DNA of 64,000 nucleotides, taken from contig CAVDPT010000009.1 of assembly GCA_963610935.1 (NCBI GenBank), forward strand, positions 2,597-66,596. The letters run 5' to 3'. Shown here piece after piece: positions 53,688 through 62,719 of the stretch. Under the pieces are notes generated by a model, which was given only the letters and a program-made list of their open reading frames with translations, was not told the origin of the DNA and ran no database searches. A program made the translations under genes and the position numbers. The DNA is from Bifidobacteriaceae bacterium (GTDB lineage Bacteria; Bacillota; Clostridia; Christensenellales; Borkfalkiaceae). How positions within the stretch are numbered: position 1 is the stretch's first letter; each line of letters starts with the position of its first letter.

Positions 53688-54521
53688 ATGCCTTTACTGA
53701 CGGCGGAAAACGTAAGCTTTTCCTACGACAAAAAAATAAACGCCGTGTCGGGCGTAAGCATAACCGCGGAGCGCGGAGAATACGTTTCGATAATAGGTCA
53801 CAACGGGAGCGGCAAGTCTACCCTTGCCAAGCTTTTTAACGCGCTTTTAATTCCCGACGACGGGACGGTCACGGTGGACGGCTTTTGTTCTTCGGATAAA
53901 AAATCTTTGTTCGAGATAAGAAAAAGAGTAGGCGTCGTCTTTCAGAACCCCGACAATCAGCTCGTCGCTTCAATCGTTGAGGACGACGTGGCGTTCGGTC
54001 CCGAGAACCTCGGCGTGCCGAGAAAAGAAATAGGCGAACGAATAGATTATGCGCTTAAAGCCGTCGGTATGGAGGCGTTTAGAAAGTCCTCTCCCGAAAG
54101 GCTTTCGGGCGGGCAAAAACAGAGAATAGCGATAGCGGGCGTGCTTGCGCTTCGTCCCGAAATCCTCGTTCTCGACGAATCCACGGCGATGCTCGATCCG
54201 CAGGGCAGGAAAGACGTTCTCGCGGCGGTGAAAAGACTTTGCCGCGAAGAGGGCGTTACCGTCATAACCATAACCCATTATATGGAAGAGGTTTTAGAGG
54301 CGGACAAGGTGTACGTCATGGCTAAAGGCAGGGTTGCGCTTTCGGGCGCGCCCGAATACGTTTTTTCGGACATGAAGCGGATAAAAAGTTTCGGTCTCGA
54401 ATTGCCGCTCGCGGGATATATCGCGGAAAAGCTGCGTTTAAGCGGCGTACCCGTTCCCGAAAACGTATTGACGAAAGAGTCGCTTACGGAGGAGTTATGC
54501 AGATTGTTGCCGAAAATTTAA
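53688..54521 (+). CDS. ecfA1: ECF transporter ATPase EcfA1
   Basis: Walker A GHNGSGKST, LSGGQKQR, LVLDEST, and the ecfA1-ecfA2-ecfT order. Confidence 0.9.
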   Translation: MPLLTAENVSFSYDKKINAVSGVSITAERGEYVSIIGHNGSGKSTLAKLFNALLIPDDGTVTVDGFCSSDKKSLFEIRKRVGVVFQNPDNQLVASIVEDDVAFGPENLGVPRKEIGERIDYALKAVGMEAFRKSSPERLSGGQKQRIAIAGVLALRPEILVLDESTAMLDPQGRKDVLAAVKRLCREEGVTVITITHYMEEVLEADKVYVMAKGRVALSGAPEYVFSDMKRIKSFGLELPLAGYIAEKLRLSGVPVPENVLTKESLTEELCRLLPKI

Positions 54522-55396
54522 GGTATGTATACGGCGAAAAAAGCAAGGCTCTTGCCGTCCGCGCGTTAAACGGCGTTTCCGTCACCGTCAACGAAGGCGA
54601 TTTCTTCGGCATAATCGGCAAGACGGGCAGCGGCAAATCCACCTTCGTTCAGCATCTTAACGGGCTTATAAAGGTGCAGAAAAACGGCGGGAAACTTCTC
54701 GTCGGAAATAACGACCTTGCGGATAAAAAATGCGATTTCCGCGCTCTCCGCGCTAAAGTCGGCATGGTCTTTCAATACCCCGAATATCAGCTTTTTGCCG
54801 AAACCGTCGCGGCGGACGTCGCGTTCGGCATAAAAAATTTCTTTCCGAACGAGGAGGAGCGCTCGGTAAACGAAAAGGTTAAAACCGCATTGGAGCTCGT
54901 CGGGATAGACTACGAAAAATATAAGGACAGGTCTCCGTTCGAGCTTTCGGGCGGACAAAAGAGAAGAGTGGCGATTGCGGGCGTTATCGCCGTCCGTCCC
55001 GAGGTGTTGGTTTTGGACGAACCCGCGGCGGGACTCGACCCCGTCGGGAAAAGAGAGTTCGTCGCGCTACTTAAAAGACTGCACGAAAGCTTCGTCAAAA
55101 CGGTGGTCATCGTCTCGCACGATATGAACATAATTTCCGAAAACTGCAACCGCGCGGCGGTGTTTTCTGACGGCAAAATCGTTGCGTGCGGTACGCCGAA
55201 GGAGATTTTTTCGGACGAGAACGCGCTTAAAGGCGGTCTCGAACGCCCCGTTACGGCGGACGTGACGAAAAGCCTTGCCGCGCGCGGCGTGATTCTCCCG
55301 GACAACGATATGACTGTAGAGGGTTTTGTAAACGCGGCGGCGGAGCTTTATTTGAAATCGAAGCTCGGCGCGGACGGCGGGGAGGGCGAAAAGTGA
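54497..55396 (+). CDS. ecfA2: ECF transporter ATPase EcfA2
   Basis: Walker A GKTGSGKST, LSGGQKRR and LVLDEPAAGLD. Confidence 0.9.
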   Translation: MQIVAENLRYVYGEKSKALAVRALNGVSVTVNEGDFFGIIGKTGSGKSTFVQHLNGLIKVQKNGGKLLVGNNDLADKKCDFRALRAKVGMVFQYPEYQLFAETVAADVAFGIKNFFPNEEERSVNEKVKTALELVGIDYEKYKDRSPFELSGGQKRRVAIAGVIAVRPEVLVLDEPAAGLDPVGKREFVALLKRLHESFVKTVVIVSHDMNIISENCNRAAVFSDGKIVACGTPKEIFSDENALKGGLERPVTADVTKSLAARGVILPDNDMTVEGFVNAAAELYLKSKLGADGGEGEK

Positions 55397-56214
55397 AAGA
55401 CGTAACCTTCGGGCAGTATTATCCCGCCGATTCTTTCGTCCACAAAATGGACGCGCGTGTGAAAATTCTGATTGCCATCGCCTATATCGTGGCGACGTTT
55501 TTGGTGACGAGCTATCATTTTTTGGGGTTCGCCGCCTGTCTTTTGTTCGTTATAATTTCCACCGCGCTTGCGAAGGTCCCCTTTTTGCGAGTGCTGAAAA
55601 GCATAAAAGCGGTGCTGTTTTTCGTCGTGTTCTCGGCGGTGCTGCAAATTTTTTTCAATAAGAAAGGCACGCCGCTGTGGGAAAACGGGTTCATTACGGA
55701 CGAAGGACTTTTGTCCGCGGGCTTTATCGTCGCAAGAATCACGCTTATGGTGCTCGGGGCTTCGGTGCTTACTTTGACCACCTCTCCCGTGGAGCTTGCG
55801 GACGGCATAGAGAGCCTGTTAACCCCGTTAAAATTTATAAAATTCCCCGTTCACGAGTTCGCGCTCATTATGAGCATCGCGCTTCGGTTTATCCCGACGC
55901 TCCTTAACGAGACGGACAGAATCATAAAGGCGCAAAAAGCGCGCGGAGCGGATTTCGAGAGCGGAAACCTTTTTAAGCGTGCAAAAGCGCTCGTGCCCGT
56001 GCTGATACCCCTTTTAATAAGTTCTTTCCGCCGTGCGGACGAGCTTGCGGACGCCATGGACGCGCGTTGCTATGCGGGCAGTAAAAACCGTACCAAATAC
56101 AAAAAAAGCGTCGTCACCTACCGCGACGTTCTCGGCGTGCTGTTTATCGCCGCGCTTATCACGGGCGTGGTGTTTCTCAATAAATTTTACGTCTTTTTAG
56201 GTGCGGTGCTATGA
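55393..56214 (+). CDS. ecfT: ECF transporter transmembrane component EcfT
   Basis: CbiQ/EcfT family with the ARG coupling-helix motifs (AQKARGADF...). Confidence 0.9.
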   Translation: MKDVTFGQYYPADSFVHKMDARVKILIAIAYIVATFLVTSYHFLGFAACLLFVIISTALAKVPFLRVLKSIKAVLFFVVFSAVLQIFFNKKGTPLWENGFITDEGLLSAGFIVARITLMVLGASVLTLTTSPVELADGIESLLTPLKFIKFPVHEFALIMSIALRFIPTLLNETDRIIKAQKARGADFESGNLFKRAKALVPVLIPLLISSFRRADELADAMDARCYAGSKNRTKYKKSVVTYRDVLGVLFIAALITGVVFLNKFYVFLGAVL

Positions 56215-56945
56215 GAGTGAAGCTTACGATAAGTTACGACGGAACGGAGCTTTGCGGCTGGCAGGTGCAAAAAAACGGCGTTTCGGCGCAGGGGCTTATA
56301 GAAGACGCGATATTGAAAGCGACGGGCGAGCGCGTGCGGGTTACGGGCAGCGGCAGAACGGACGCCGGCGTACACGCGGCGGGGCAGGTCGCGCATTTCG
56401 ACACGTCTTCGAGCGTTCCCGCGGAGAGGTTCTATATGGCGATAAACGCCTATCTCCCGCCCTCGGTGCGCGTCTTAAAAAGCGAGGCGGCGGCGGAGAA
56501 TTTCCACGCGTGCAATTCGGCGAAGAAAAAGACCTACGTCTATTCTTTATACGTTTCGGACGTGGAAAAGCCGCTTAAAGAGCGGTACGCGGTTCGCGTT
56601 GACGAGGGAATAGACATAGAAAAAATGCGGGCGGCGGCGGAGGAATTCGTCGGCGAACACGATTTTGCGGCGTATAAGGCGAGCGGCAGCGCGGCTAAAA
56701 CCACGATAAGGACGATTTATGCGTTGTCCGTCGAAAGTTTCGGCGAGGACATAAAAATCATCGTGTGCGGCAACGGGTTTTTATATAATATGGTCAGAAT
56801 AGTGACGGGGGCGCTCGTTGCGGTCGGCAGGGGCGAAATTCCCGCAGAGGATATAAAACGCTCGCTTGTTTCGGGCGCGCGCCCTAAAAACGTCAAGACT
56901 TTCCCCGCAAAGGGCTTGTGCCTTATAAGCGCGGAGTACGAATAA
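56211..56945 (+). CDS. truA: tRNA pseudouridine(38-40) synthase TruA
   Basis: GSGRTDAGVHA catalytic Asp motif; 244 aa. Confidence 0.92.
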   Translation: MRVKLTISYDGTELCGWQVQKNGVSAQGLIEDAILKATGERVRVTGSGRTDAGVHAAGQVAHFDTSSSVPAERFYMAINAYLPPSVRVLKSEAAAENFHACNSAKKKTYVYSLYVSDVEKPLKERYAVRVDEGIDIEKMRAAAEEFVGEHDFAAYKASGSAAKTTIRTIYALSVESFGEDIKIIVCGNGFLYNMVRIVTGALVAVGRGEIPAEDIKRSLVSGARPKNVKTFPAKGLCLISAEYE

Positions 56946-57029
56946 AGCTTCTATGAAAACGGAAAGTACGGCGGACGTGAAATAAAAATTAAAAAAATCG
57001 GCAAAAAATAAGAAAAAGGCGCAAAACGC

Positions 57030-57059
57030 TTGACTTTTACCGTTCACATAATATAGAAT
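57030..57059 (+). promoter_or_regulatory. Candidate promoter for rplM-rpsI
   Basis: TTGACT-18 nt-TAGAAT. Confidence 0.4.
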
Positions 57060-57110
57060 GGATAAGCATTTATAAGGAAAAGTTCGCTTATCGGGATTAG
57101 CCCTCCCTAT

Positions 57111-57136
57111 AAAACGCTCGTCGTGAAAGCGTTTTT
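57111..57136 (+). promoter_or_regulatory. Terminator-like hairpin within the ~130-nt rplM leader (possible r-protein autoregulatory leader)
   Basis: aaaacgct-cgtcgtga-agcgttttt. Preceded by the gataagc/gcttatc hairpin at 57061-57092. Confidence 0.3.
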
Positions 57137-57194
57137 AAGCGTCTTAAACGTTATATACAATGCGGTAAAAACGCAAAATCAAGGAGAAACATCA

Positions 57195-57626
57195 ATGAAA
57201 ACTTATATGGCTCACGCAGGAGACGTGGTCAGAAAGTGGTACGTTGTAGACGCGGAAGGCGTTGCGCTCGGCAGAGTCGCTTCGCAAGTCGCCGCCGTTC
57301 TTCGCGGTAAAAATAAACCCACCTTCACCCCCAACGTCGATACGGGCGATTTCGTTATCGTCGTAAACTGCGACAAGGTCGTTTTGACGGGCAAAAAGCT
57401 CGAAAAGAAATATTACAGATACCATACCGGTCACATCGGCGGTCTTAAAGAGATTCAGTACAAGACTCTTATGGCGACGAAGTCCGACGTGGCGGTTTAC
57501 GAAGCGGTTAAAGGTATGCTTCCCAAAAACAGCCTCGGCAGAAAAATGCTTACGAAGCTCAAGGTTTACAAGGGACCCGACCACAACCATCAGGCGCAGC
57601 AGCCCGAAGTGCTTAAACTTGTTTAA
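57195..57626 (+). CDS. rplM: 50S ribosomal protein L13
   Basis: [20 protein letters not shown]... with aaggag 6 nt upstream. The track ORF starts too early. Confidence 0.95.
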   Translation: MKTYMAHAGDVVRKWYVVDAEGVALGRVASQVAAVLRGKNKPTFTPNVDTGDFVIVVNCDKVVLTGKKLEKKYYRYHTGHIGGLKEIQYKTLMATKSDVAVYEAVKGMLPKNSLGRKMLTKLKVYKGPDHNHQAQQPEVLKLV

Positions 57627-57640
57627 CGAGGTGAGAAATT

Positions 57641-58054
57641 ATGGCTAAAACGACTTCTAAGAAAAAAGTTCAGTATTGGGGTACAGGCAGACGTAAAAAA
57701 GCCGTTGCCCGCGTTCGTTTGATTCCCGCAGGGGACGGAACGATAACCATAAACAAAAAGAGCCTCGACGAATACTTCGGTCTCGACACCCTTAAGTTCA
57801 TCGTTCGTCAACCGCTCGAGCTTCTCGGCGTAACCGCTAAATACGACGTCGCGGTAAACGTAGTCGGCGGCGGTTTCACCGGTCAGGCGGGTGCAATCAG
57901 ACACGGCATTTCCCGCGCTCTGCTCGAAGCCGAACCCGAGTCGAGAGCCGCTCTCAAAAAAGAGGGCTTCCTCACGAGAGATTCGAGAATGAAAGAGAGA
58001 AAGAAATACGGTCTCAAAAAGGCTCGTCGCGCTCCGCAGTTCTCCAAGAGATAA
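57641..58054 (+). CDS. rpsI: 30S ribosomal protein S9
   Basis: C-terminal [12 protein letters not shown]; 137 aa. Confidence 0.95.
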   Translation: MAKTTSKKKVQYWGTGRRKKAVARVRLIPAGDGTITINKKSLDEYFGLDTLKFIVRQPLELLGVTAKYDVAVNVVGGGFTGQAGAIRHGISRALLEAEPESRAALKKEGFLTRDSRMKERKKYGLKKARRAPQFSKR

Positions 58055-58083
58055 TCGGGGTTTTGCCCGCGAAAGAATTATTG

Positions 58084-58117
58084 CCGCGTCCTCTTATCGG
58101 GACGCGGTTTTCTTTTT
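58084..58117 (+). terminator. Intrinsic terminator after rpsI
   Basis: ccgcgtcc/ggacgcgg hairpin followed by ttttcttttt. Confidence 0.7.
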
Positions 58118-58167
58118 AAACCGCCGAGCTTTTTAAAAACGGCGAGAAAGAGAGAAGGAGAGAAGGA

Positions 58168-58407
58168 CTATTTTTCTTCGCGTTCTTTTCGCGCGTTCTT
58201 TTCGCGTACTCGTTTGACGAATTCGTCGTGGGTGCGCATAGTAGACAGCATGCCCTGTTGCAGGGGCAAAAACTCGGGCTTTTCCGCGGGAATGTCGGGG
58301 GTAGAGTAACGGGGCGCGGGAGAGGAATCGGCGTTGTCGCCGTCCTTTTTTTCGGAGGCGAAGCCCAAAAAGGAGTTTAGTAGATTGAAAATTCCGAATT
58401 TGTCCAT
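58168..58407 (-). CDS. Hypothetical 79-aa protein
   Basis: ORF with aaagggga SD-like sequence ~8 nt upstream. Its composition is more protein-like than the overlapping Arg-rich 98-aa frame. I did not recognise any family. Confidence 0.4.
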   Translation of the reverse strand: MDKFGIFNLLNSFLGFASEKKDGDNADSSPAPRYSTPDIPAEKPEFLPLQQGMLSTMRTHDEFVKRVREKNARKEREEK

Positions 58408-58456
58408 TTTTGTTTTCCCCTTTCAACAAAAAACCCGTAAAAAAACCAAAAAATCA

Positions 58457-58485
58457 TTGCAAAAGCGGCGAAGATAGTTTATAAT
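58457..58485 (+). promoter_or_regulatory. Consensus sigma-A promoter for the lipoprotein gene
   Basis: TTGCAA-17 nt-TATAAT. Confidence 0.5.
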
Positions 58486-58613
58486 ATAAAGAGTTAGAAT
58501 TTTGCGTGTAAGGACTTTGTCTTTGCGATTCGTCTACCGTATCGCAAAGGACTTACATCTATAATTATATTCGGCGGCTTACAAAAAGTTTACCGAAAAA
58601 TTACGGAGCGATT

Positions 58614-60500
58614 ATGAAAAAATTTTTGCTGACATTACTCACAGTCGTGCTTGCCGTTTCTGCGGCGCTTGCCGTCGGTTGCGGCGGTAACTCGTCGTTT
58701 ACGAAGCCTACTATGACCAATCACGGCGCGCTCGTCTCGGACGGAGGATTCCTTGCCGAAACGGCGAATTATCTTTACGTTATCAACGGCGTGGGCGTTT
58801 CCACGGACGACAACTCGTTCGGTTCGCCCGTAAAGGGCTCGCTCGTCGCGGTGGATAAGTCCACTCTCGGCGGGACGGTTAAGGCGGAGGTCGTCGTGCC
58901 CAAGCTTTTCGTTGCGAGCGATTATACCGCGGGCATTAAGATAAGCGGCGATTACGTTTATTTCGGGACCCCCTCTACCGACAAGAACTCGCAGGGCAGC
59001 GTTGCGAACGACGAGCTGTCTTTCCAAAGAGCGAAGCTTGACGGCACGCAGGCAAAAGGCGACGTATTCTTTTCCGTTTCTTCTCTTTCTGCCAAGTATA
59101 GATTTACCGAAGCGGACGGGACGGTTTATATAATCTATCAGGACTCGGAAGATTCTTCTCTTAAAGCGTTTAACACCTCGACTAAAACGACGACCACCGT
59201 CGCTAAAACGGACGCTACGACTAACGAAAAGGCAACGAGCGCGTCGGGCAAGGACGTATACGTTTCTATGGGAGACGTTACCTTTGCAGAGAATAACGAT
59301 TCCTTTACGGCGTTTTACACCGTCACGGTTTACGACGAAGAGTACTTTGAGGACAAGGCGGCAAAAGACGGCTATTCCCGTTCGACCGCAAGCTACAACG
59401 CCGTTTATGCGGTGAACGCTAAAGGCGAAGCGGTTAAGGTTTTAGACGGCGAGAACGAAAACGTTACCTATGCGATAACCCTCGTTACGGGCGGTTACGT
59501 TTTCTACACCGCAACCCCCTCGGGCGGCGAAGCGACCACCTACGTCAAAGCCGTTAAAGATATTGCGAACGAAAGCGTGAAGGCGGAAGTCGTGAGAAAC
59601 ACGACCTACGCGGCTTCCGGCGTTATTATAGAATCGACGGACAAGGTTTATTTCTACGATTCTACCGCAAAGAGCGTGGTTAAATCTACCCTCGTAAAGG
59701 ACGAGACTTCGGTCAAGGTCAACGTTTGCAAGGCGGAAAACATTTCCTCCCTTATCGCAGTGAAGGACGGCTACGTCTATTATAACGATACGGACGGTGC
59801 GATTTCTCGCATAAAAGAAAACGACGGCGACGCTGTTTTCGAGAGAGTATCCGCAGGGACGGTCAACACCTCTTGGTATGCGCCCGAATTCGTTACGGCA
59901 AACGGCACGACGTATATCTTCTATCTCGATACGACTACGACGGGCAGCTCGTACGTATGGTTTACCGACCTTAACGCGAACAACGTCACGGGTGAGGATA
60001 CCGACGACGACGGCAAGGACGACAGTTTCTACTTTAAGGGCGAAAAGCTCGCGGGCGTTATGGTTTCGGCAGATTGCGCGAACGCGGCGGTTGCGGCGAT
60101 AAACAATATCGCTTCGTCGCTCGACTTCGACGACGAAGACAACGAATTCGTTTCTACGGTTGACGCGGCAAGGAAAGCGTACGACGCTTTGGACGCGGAC
60201 GCGAAAAAGAACGTTGCGGAAAGCGACCTCGTTAAGCTCGAAAACGCAGAAAAGGCAATCGAGCTCGGCAAGGCTTATAACGAGCTTAAGGAAGCGCGTA
60301 CGTATGCCGACAAGAGGAGCGACGCGGAGAAGACCGCGTTAAAGGAGCTGCTTCAGGATAAATACGAAGCCGCAAAGACCGTAAGGAAAGGGATTGTAGA
60401 TCTCGGCAGCGATAGATTTACGAGCATAACGGGACTTCTTTGCAACAATCTTAAAGCGTACTTCTACAACACGCAAAAGCTTTTCGGCGACGTAGAGTAA
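58614..60500 (+). CDS. Lipoprotein of unknown function (repeated beta-strand-rich modules plus a helical C-terminus)
   Basis: Signal peptide with lipobox LAVGC at Cys23. Recurrent (Y/F)VY(F/Y) modules suggest a beta-propeller-like fold. Confidence 0.7.
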   Translation: MKKFLLTLLTVVLAVSAALAVGCGGNSSFTKPTMTNHGALVSDGGFLAETANYLYVINGVGVSTDDNSFGSPVKGSLVAVDKSTLGGTVKAEVVVPKLFVASDYTAGIKISGDYVYFGTPSTDKNSQGSVANDELSFQRAKLDGTQAKGDVFFSVSSLSAKYRFTEADGTVYIIYQDSEDSSLKAFNTSTKTTTTVAKTDATTNEKATSASGKDVYVSMGDVTFAENNDSFTAFYTVTVYDEEYFEDKAAKDGYSRSTASYNAVYAVNAKGEAVKVLDGENENVTYAITLVTGGYVFYTATPSGGEATTYVKAVKDIANESVKAEVVRNTTYAASGVIIESTDKVYFYDSTAKSVVKSTLVKDETSVKVNVCKAENISSLIAVKDGYVYYNDTDGAISRIKENDGDAVFERVSAGTVNTSWYAPEFVTANGTTYIFYLDTTTTGSSYVWFTDLNANNVTGEDTDDDGKDDSFYFKGEKLAGVMVSADCANAAVAAINNIASSLDFDDEDNEFVSTVDAARKAYDALDADAKKNVAESDLVKLENAEKAIELGKAYNELKEARTYADKRSDAEKTALKELLQDKYEAAKTVRKGIVDLGSDRFTSITGLLCNNLKAYFYNTQKLFGDVE

Positions 60501-60517
60501 GAAAAAATACAAAAACA

Positions 60518-60553
60518 AAAAAGCAGGGAGCCGATTGTCGGCTCCCTGCTTTA
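60518..60553. terminator. Shared terminator between the lipoprotein gene and rubrerythrin (strong on the minus strand)
   Basis: aagcagggagccg/cggctccctgctt hairpin. The minus strand follows it with ttttttgttttt. Confidence 0.7.
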
Positions 60554-60556
60554 ACT

Positions 60557-61138
60557 TTATCCTAAATTTAACATAAACACTCCCTGCTTTGCCCCGCATA
60601 CGGGGCAAATTTTAGGGGCTTCTTTAGCGATAACTATATTTCCGCAGCCGCCGCAATGCCACGGCGTTTTTTCGTCGCTTTTATATAGCGTTCCGCCGCT
60701 CATTTTCGAGTATAGAGTTTCAAACGTTTTTCGGTGTTCCTCTTCTATCTTCGCGATGTTCTTAAACAGCTCCGCTATATCGGTAAAACCCTCTTTTTCC
60801 GCGGTGGCGGCGAAAGAGGGATATAATTCTACTTCCGCTTTTTCGTCCTCGGCGGCGAGCTTTAGGTTTTCCGCAAGCTCCCACTTTTCCTTAAACGGAA
60901 ATCCCCCGCAAATTTCTATGTTTTTAATCTCTTTATCGCTCGCGCCCTGAATCGCGGTATAAAAAAGGCGGGCGTGATTGAATTCGTTATAGACTATCTT
61001 GTCTATAATCTCCGACAGCGCGACGTAACCTTCTTTTCTCGCGCCGTACTCTATAAATTCGTACCTCGTTCTCGCCATACATTCGCCCGCAAAGGCTTTT
61101 GCTAAATTTTCGTAAGTTTCGGAATTTAACAGCTTCAT
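60557..61138 (-). CDS. rbr: Rubrerythrin
   Basis: Ferritin-like di-iron domain (E...EXXH pattern) plus a C-terminal rubredoxin CGGCG...CPVCG. Confidence 0.9.
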   Translation of the reverse strand: MKLLNSETYENLAKAFAGECMARTRYEFIEYGARKEGYVALSEIIDKIVYNEFNHARLFYTAIQGASDKEIKNIEICGGFPFKEKWELAENLKLAAEDEKAEVELYPSFAATAEKEGFTDIAELFKNIAKIEEEHRKTFETLYSKMSGGTLYKSDEKTPWHCGGCGNIVIAKEAPKICPVCGAKQGVFMLNLG

Positions 61139-61203
61139 TATATACCTTCCTTTATTTTTAAGATATATAAACTATTGCCGAAACGCGGGTTTTTTATACT
61201 TTT

Positions 61204-62607
61204 TTACAAGGTTTTTTCGTAAAAAAATTGTTTTTCCGTCTCGCGGATTTTGATAAAGCCAAATTTTTCTATGAGCCTTACAGACGGCGCGTTTTCCTTA
61301 AAAGCTCTTGCGAGAACGCGCTTTGCCCTTATCCCTTTCAGGTACTCTATCGCGGCGGAAACGCTCTCCGTCGCATAGCCCTTGCCGCGGTGCTCCTTAA
61401 AAAATCTGAACCCTATCTCGACCTCGCCGAAATATCCGAAATTATAAAAGACTATTTCGCCTATCATTTTATTTTCGAGCCTTACCGCGAGCGAATACTC
61501 TTCTTTTTTGGCTTTTAACCCCTTCATAAAGCCTATAAAATAGTCCTTTTCGGGCGCGCCGTCGCCTTTATAGTCCTCGCGGTAGTCGTAGTCGTAAAAT
61601 CTGTTTATTTCTTCGTCGGTATAAAGCTTATAATAGTCTTCCGCGTCCTCTTCGCGAATATCGGTTACGGTAAGCCGTTCGGTTGCAAAAAGCACGGGCG
61701 ACGCGATTTTATCGAAAAGCGTTTTAACCTCTACGAAATTCTTTTCTTTAACTTCCGTGGGGTTATACTGAAGCTTTGATATGCGAAGCCCCGCGTCTCC
61801 GCAGTCCTCTTCGCGGTTGATAAACTTAACGTTGTCGGTCGCGAATGCTTTTGCAAATTCGTTCGCCAGCGTGGGATATACGCCCTCGTAGCTTTTTAGT
61901 CCCTTTTCGACGTGTACGATAAGCGTTTCCTTAACGACCTCGCCGAAGGAAAGCGCGACTACCTTGTCGCCGACAAAAATCATTCCGCCGCACTGACCGA
62001 GCTTTTCGGCGTTTATAAAGTAATCGCGGAGTTTTTCGTCCTCTTCTTTCGCCGTCCACATAGAAAAGTCCTCGCCGCGCTCGAACTCCGTTAAAAACGC
62101 GTCCGCTTTGGGATAGTCGGAAGGCTCGTATACTTTGAACCTGTAATCGGGGTAGAGCTTTTTGAACTTGTTGACGTGGTTTCTCTGACCGCCGAATTTT
62201 TTCCCCGAATACGTTCTGAACTTCTCGGCGTCGTAGATGTAATCGCTCCAGTTGCGGTCGTTATAAAGGCGCGTAAAGGGGTATCTTGCGGCGAGCGTTT
62301 TCGCGAGCGCGCCGTCTATACAGCAAAAAACGAGGGGCGTTCCCGTCTTTTTGCAATACTCTTCTATCGCAGAAAGAGCCTTTTCGGGCGCGGTGCCGTC
62401 GGGGTAGTAGAAGCGGTCTTTATAATCGGGACAGCTTTCCTTTATAACGGTCGAATCGCCGCAAAAAGCGTAGTCGATGACGAATTCGTCCCGCCAGATA
62501 TATTTTGCGCCGAGACTCATGTCGCAAAACTCCGCGGGCGGATTCAGCAGATATTTTTTAACGGCGCACACGTCTTTTCCGAGCCTTTTGAATTTCAATT
62601 CGCACAT
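61204..62607 (-). CDS. DUF2156 (MprF C-terminal, aminoacyl-PG-synthase-like) domain fused to a RimJ/RimL-type GNAT acetyltransferase domain
   Basis: The N-terminal ~290 aa show a DUF2156-like pattern (GKKFGGQRNHVNKF...). The C-terminal ~170 aa are GNAT (IGFRFFKEHRGKGYATE...). Confidence 0.7.
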   Translation of the reverse strand: MCELKFKRLGKDVCAVKKYLLNPPAEFCDMSLGAKYIWRDEFVIDYAFCGDSTVIKESCPDYKDRFYYPDGTAPEKALSAIEEYCKKTGTPLVFCCIDGALAKTLAARYPFTRLYNDRNWSDYIYDAEKFRTYSGKKFGGQRNHVNKFKKLYPDYRFKVYEPSDYPKADAFLTEFERGEDFSMWTAKEEDEKLRDYFINAEKLGQCGGMIFVGDKVVALSFGEVVKETLIVHVEKGLKSYEGVYPTLANEFAKAFATDNVKFINREEDCGDAGLRISKLQYNPTEVKEKNFVEVKTLFDKIASPVLFATERLTVTDIREEDAEDYYKLYTDEEINRFYDYDYREDYKGDGAPEKDYFIGFMKGLKAKKEEYSLAVRLENKMIGEIVFYNFGYFGEVEIGFRFFKEHRGKGYATESVSAAIEYLKGIRAKRVLARAFKENAPSVRLIEKFGFIKIRETEKQFFYEKTL

Positions 62608-62679
62608 AGTGAATCTTTTTTCTTTTGTAAATTCGCGCGGTACATTTTATCGCGCCCTCGTGATGGGAGCAGCGTTAAA

Positions 62680-62711
62680 GAGCGAGAACGCAAGTAGCCG
62701 CGTTCTCGCTC
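62680..62711 (-). terminator. Hairpin after parB (short U-tract)
   Basis: 12-bp stem gagcgagaacgc/gcgttctcgctc. The minus strand follows it with tttaac. Confidence 0.4.
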
Positions 62712-62719
62712 TTCGGCGA

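Noticed and set aside
58133-58429. 98-aa Arg-rich minus-strand ORF overlapping the 79-aa ORF.
   Set aside because: Its composition (RRQRRFLSRAP...) looks non-coding, and the alternative frame has an SD-like sequence and more protein-like content. Even the 79-aa call is only moderate confidence.
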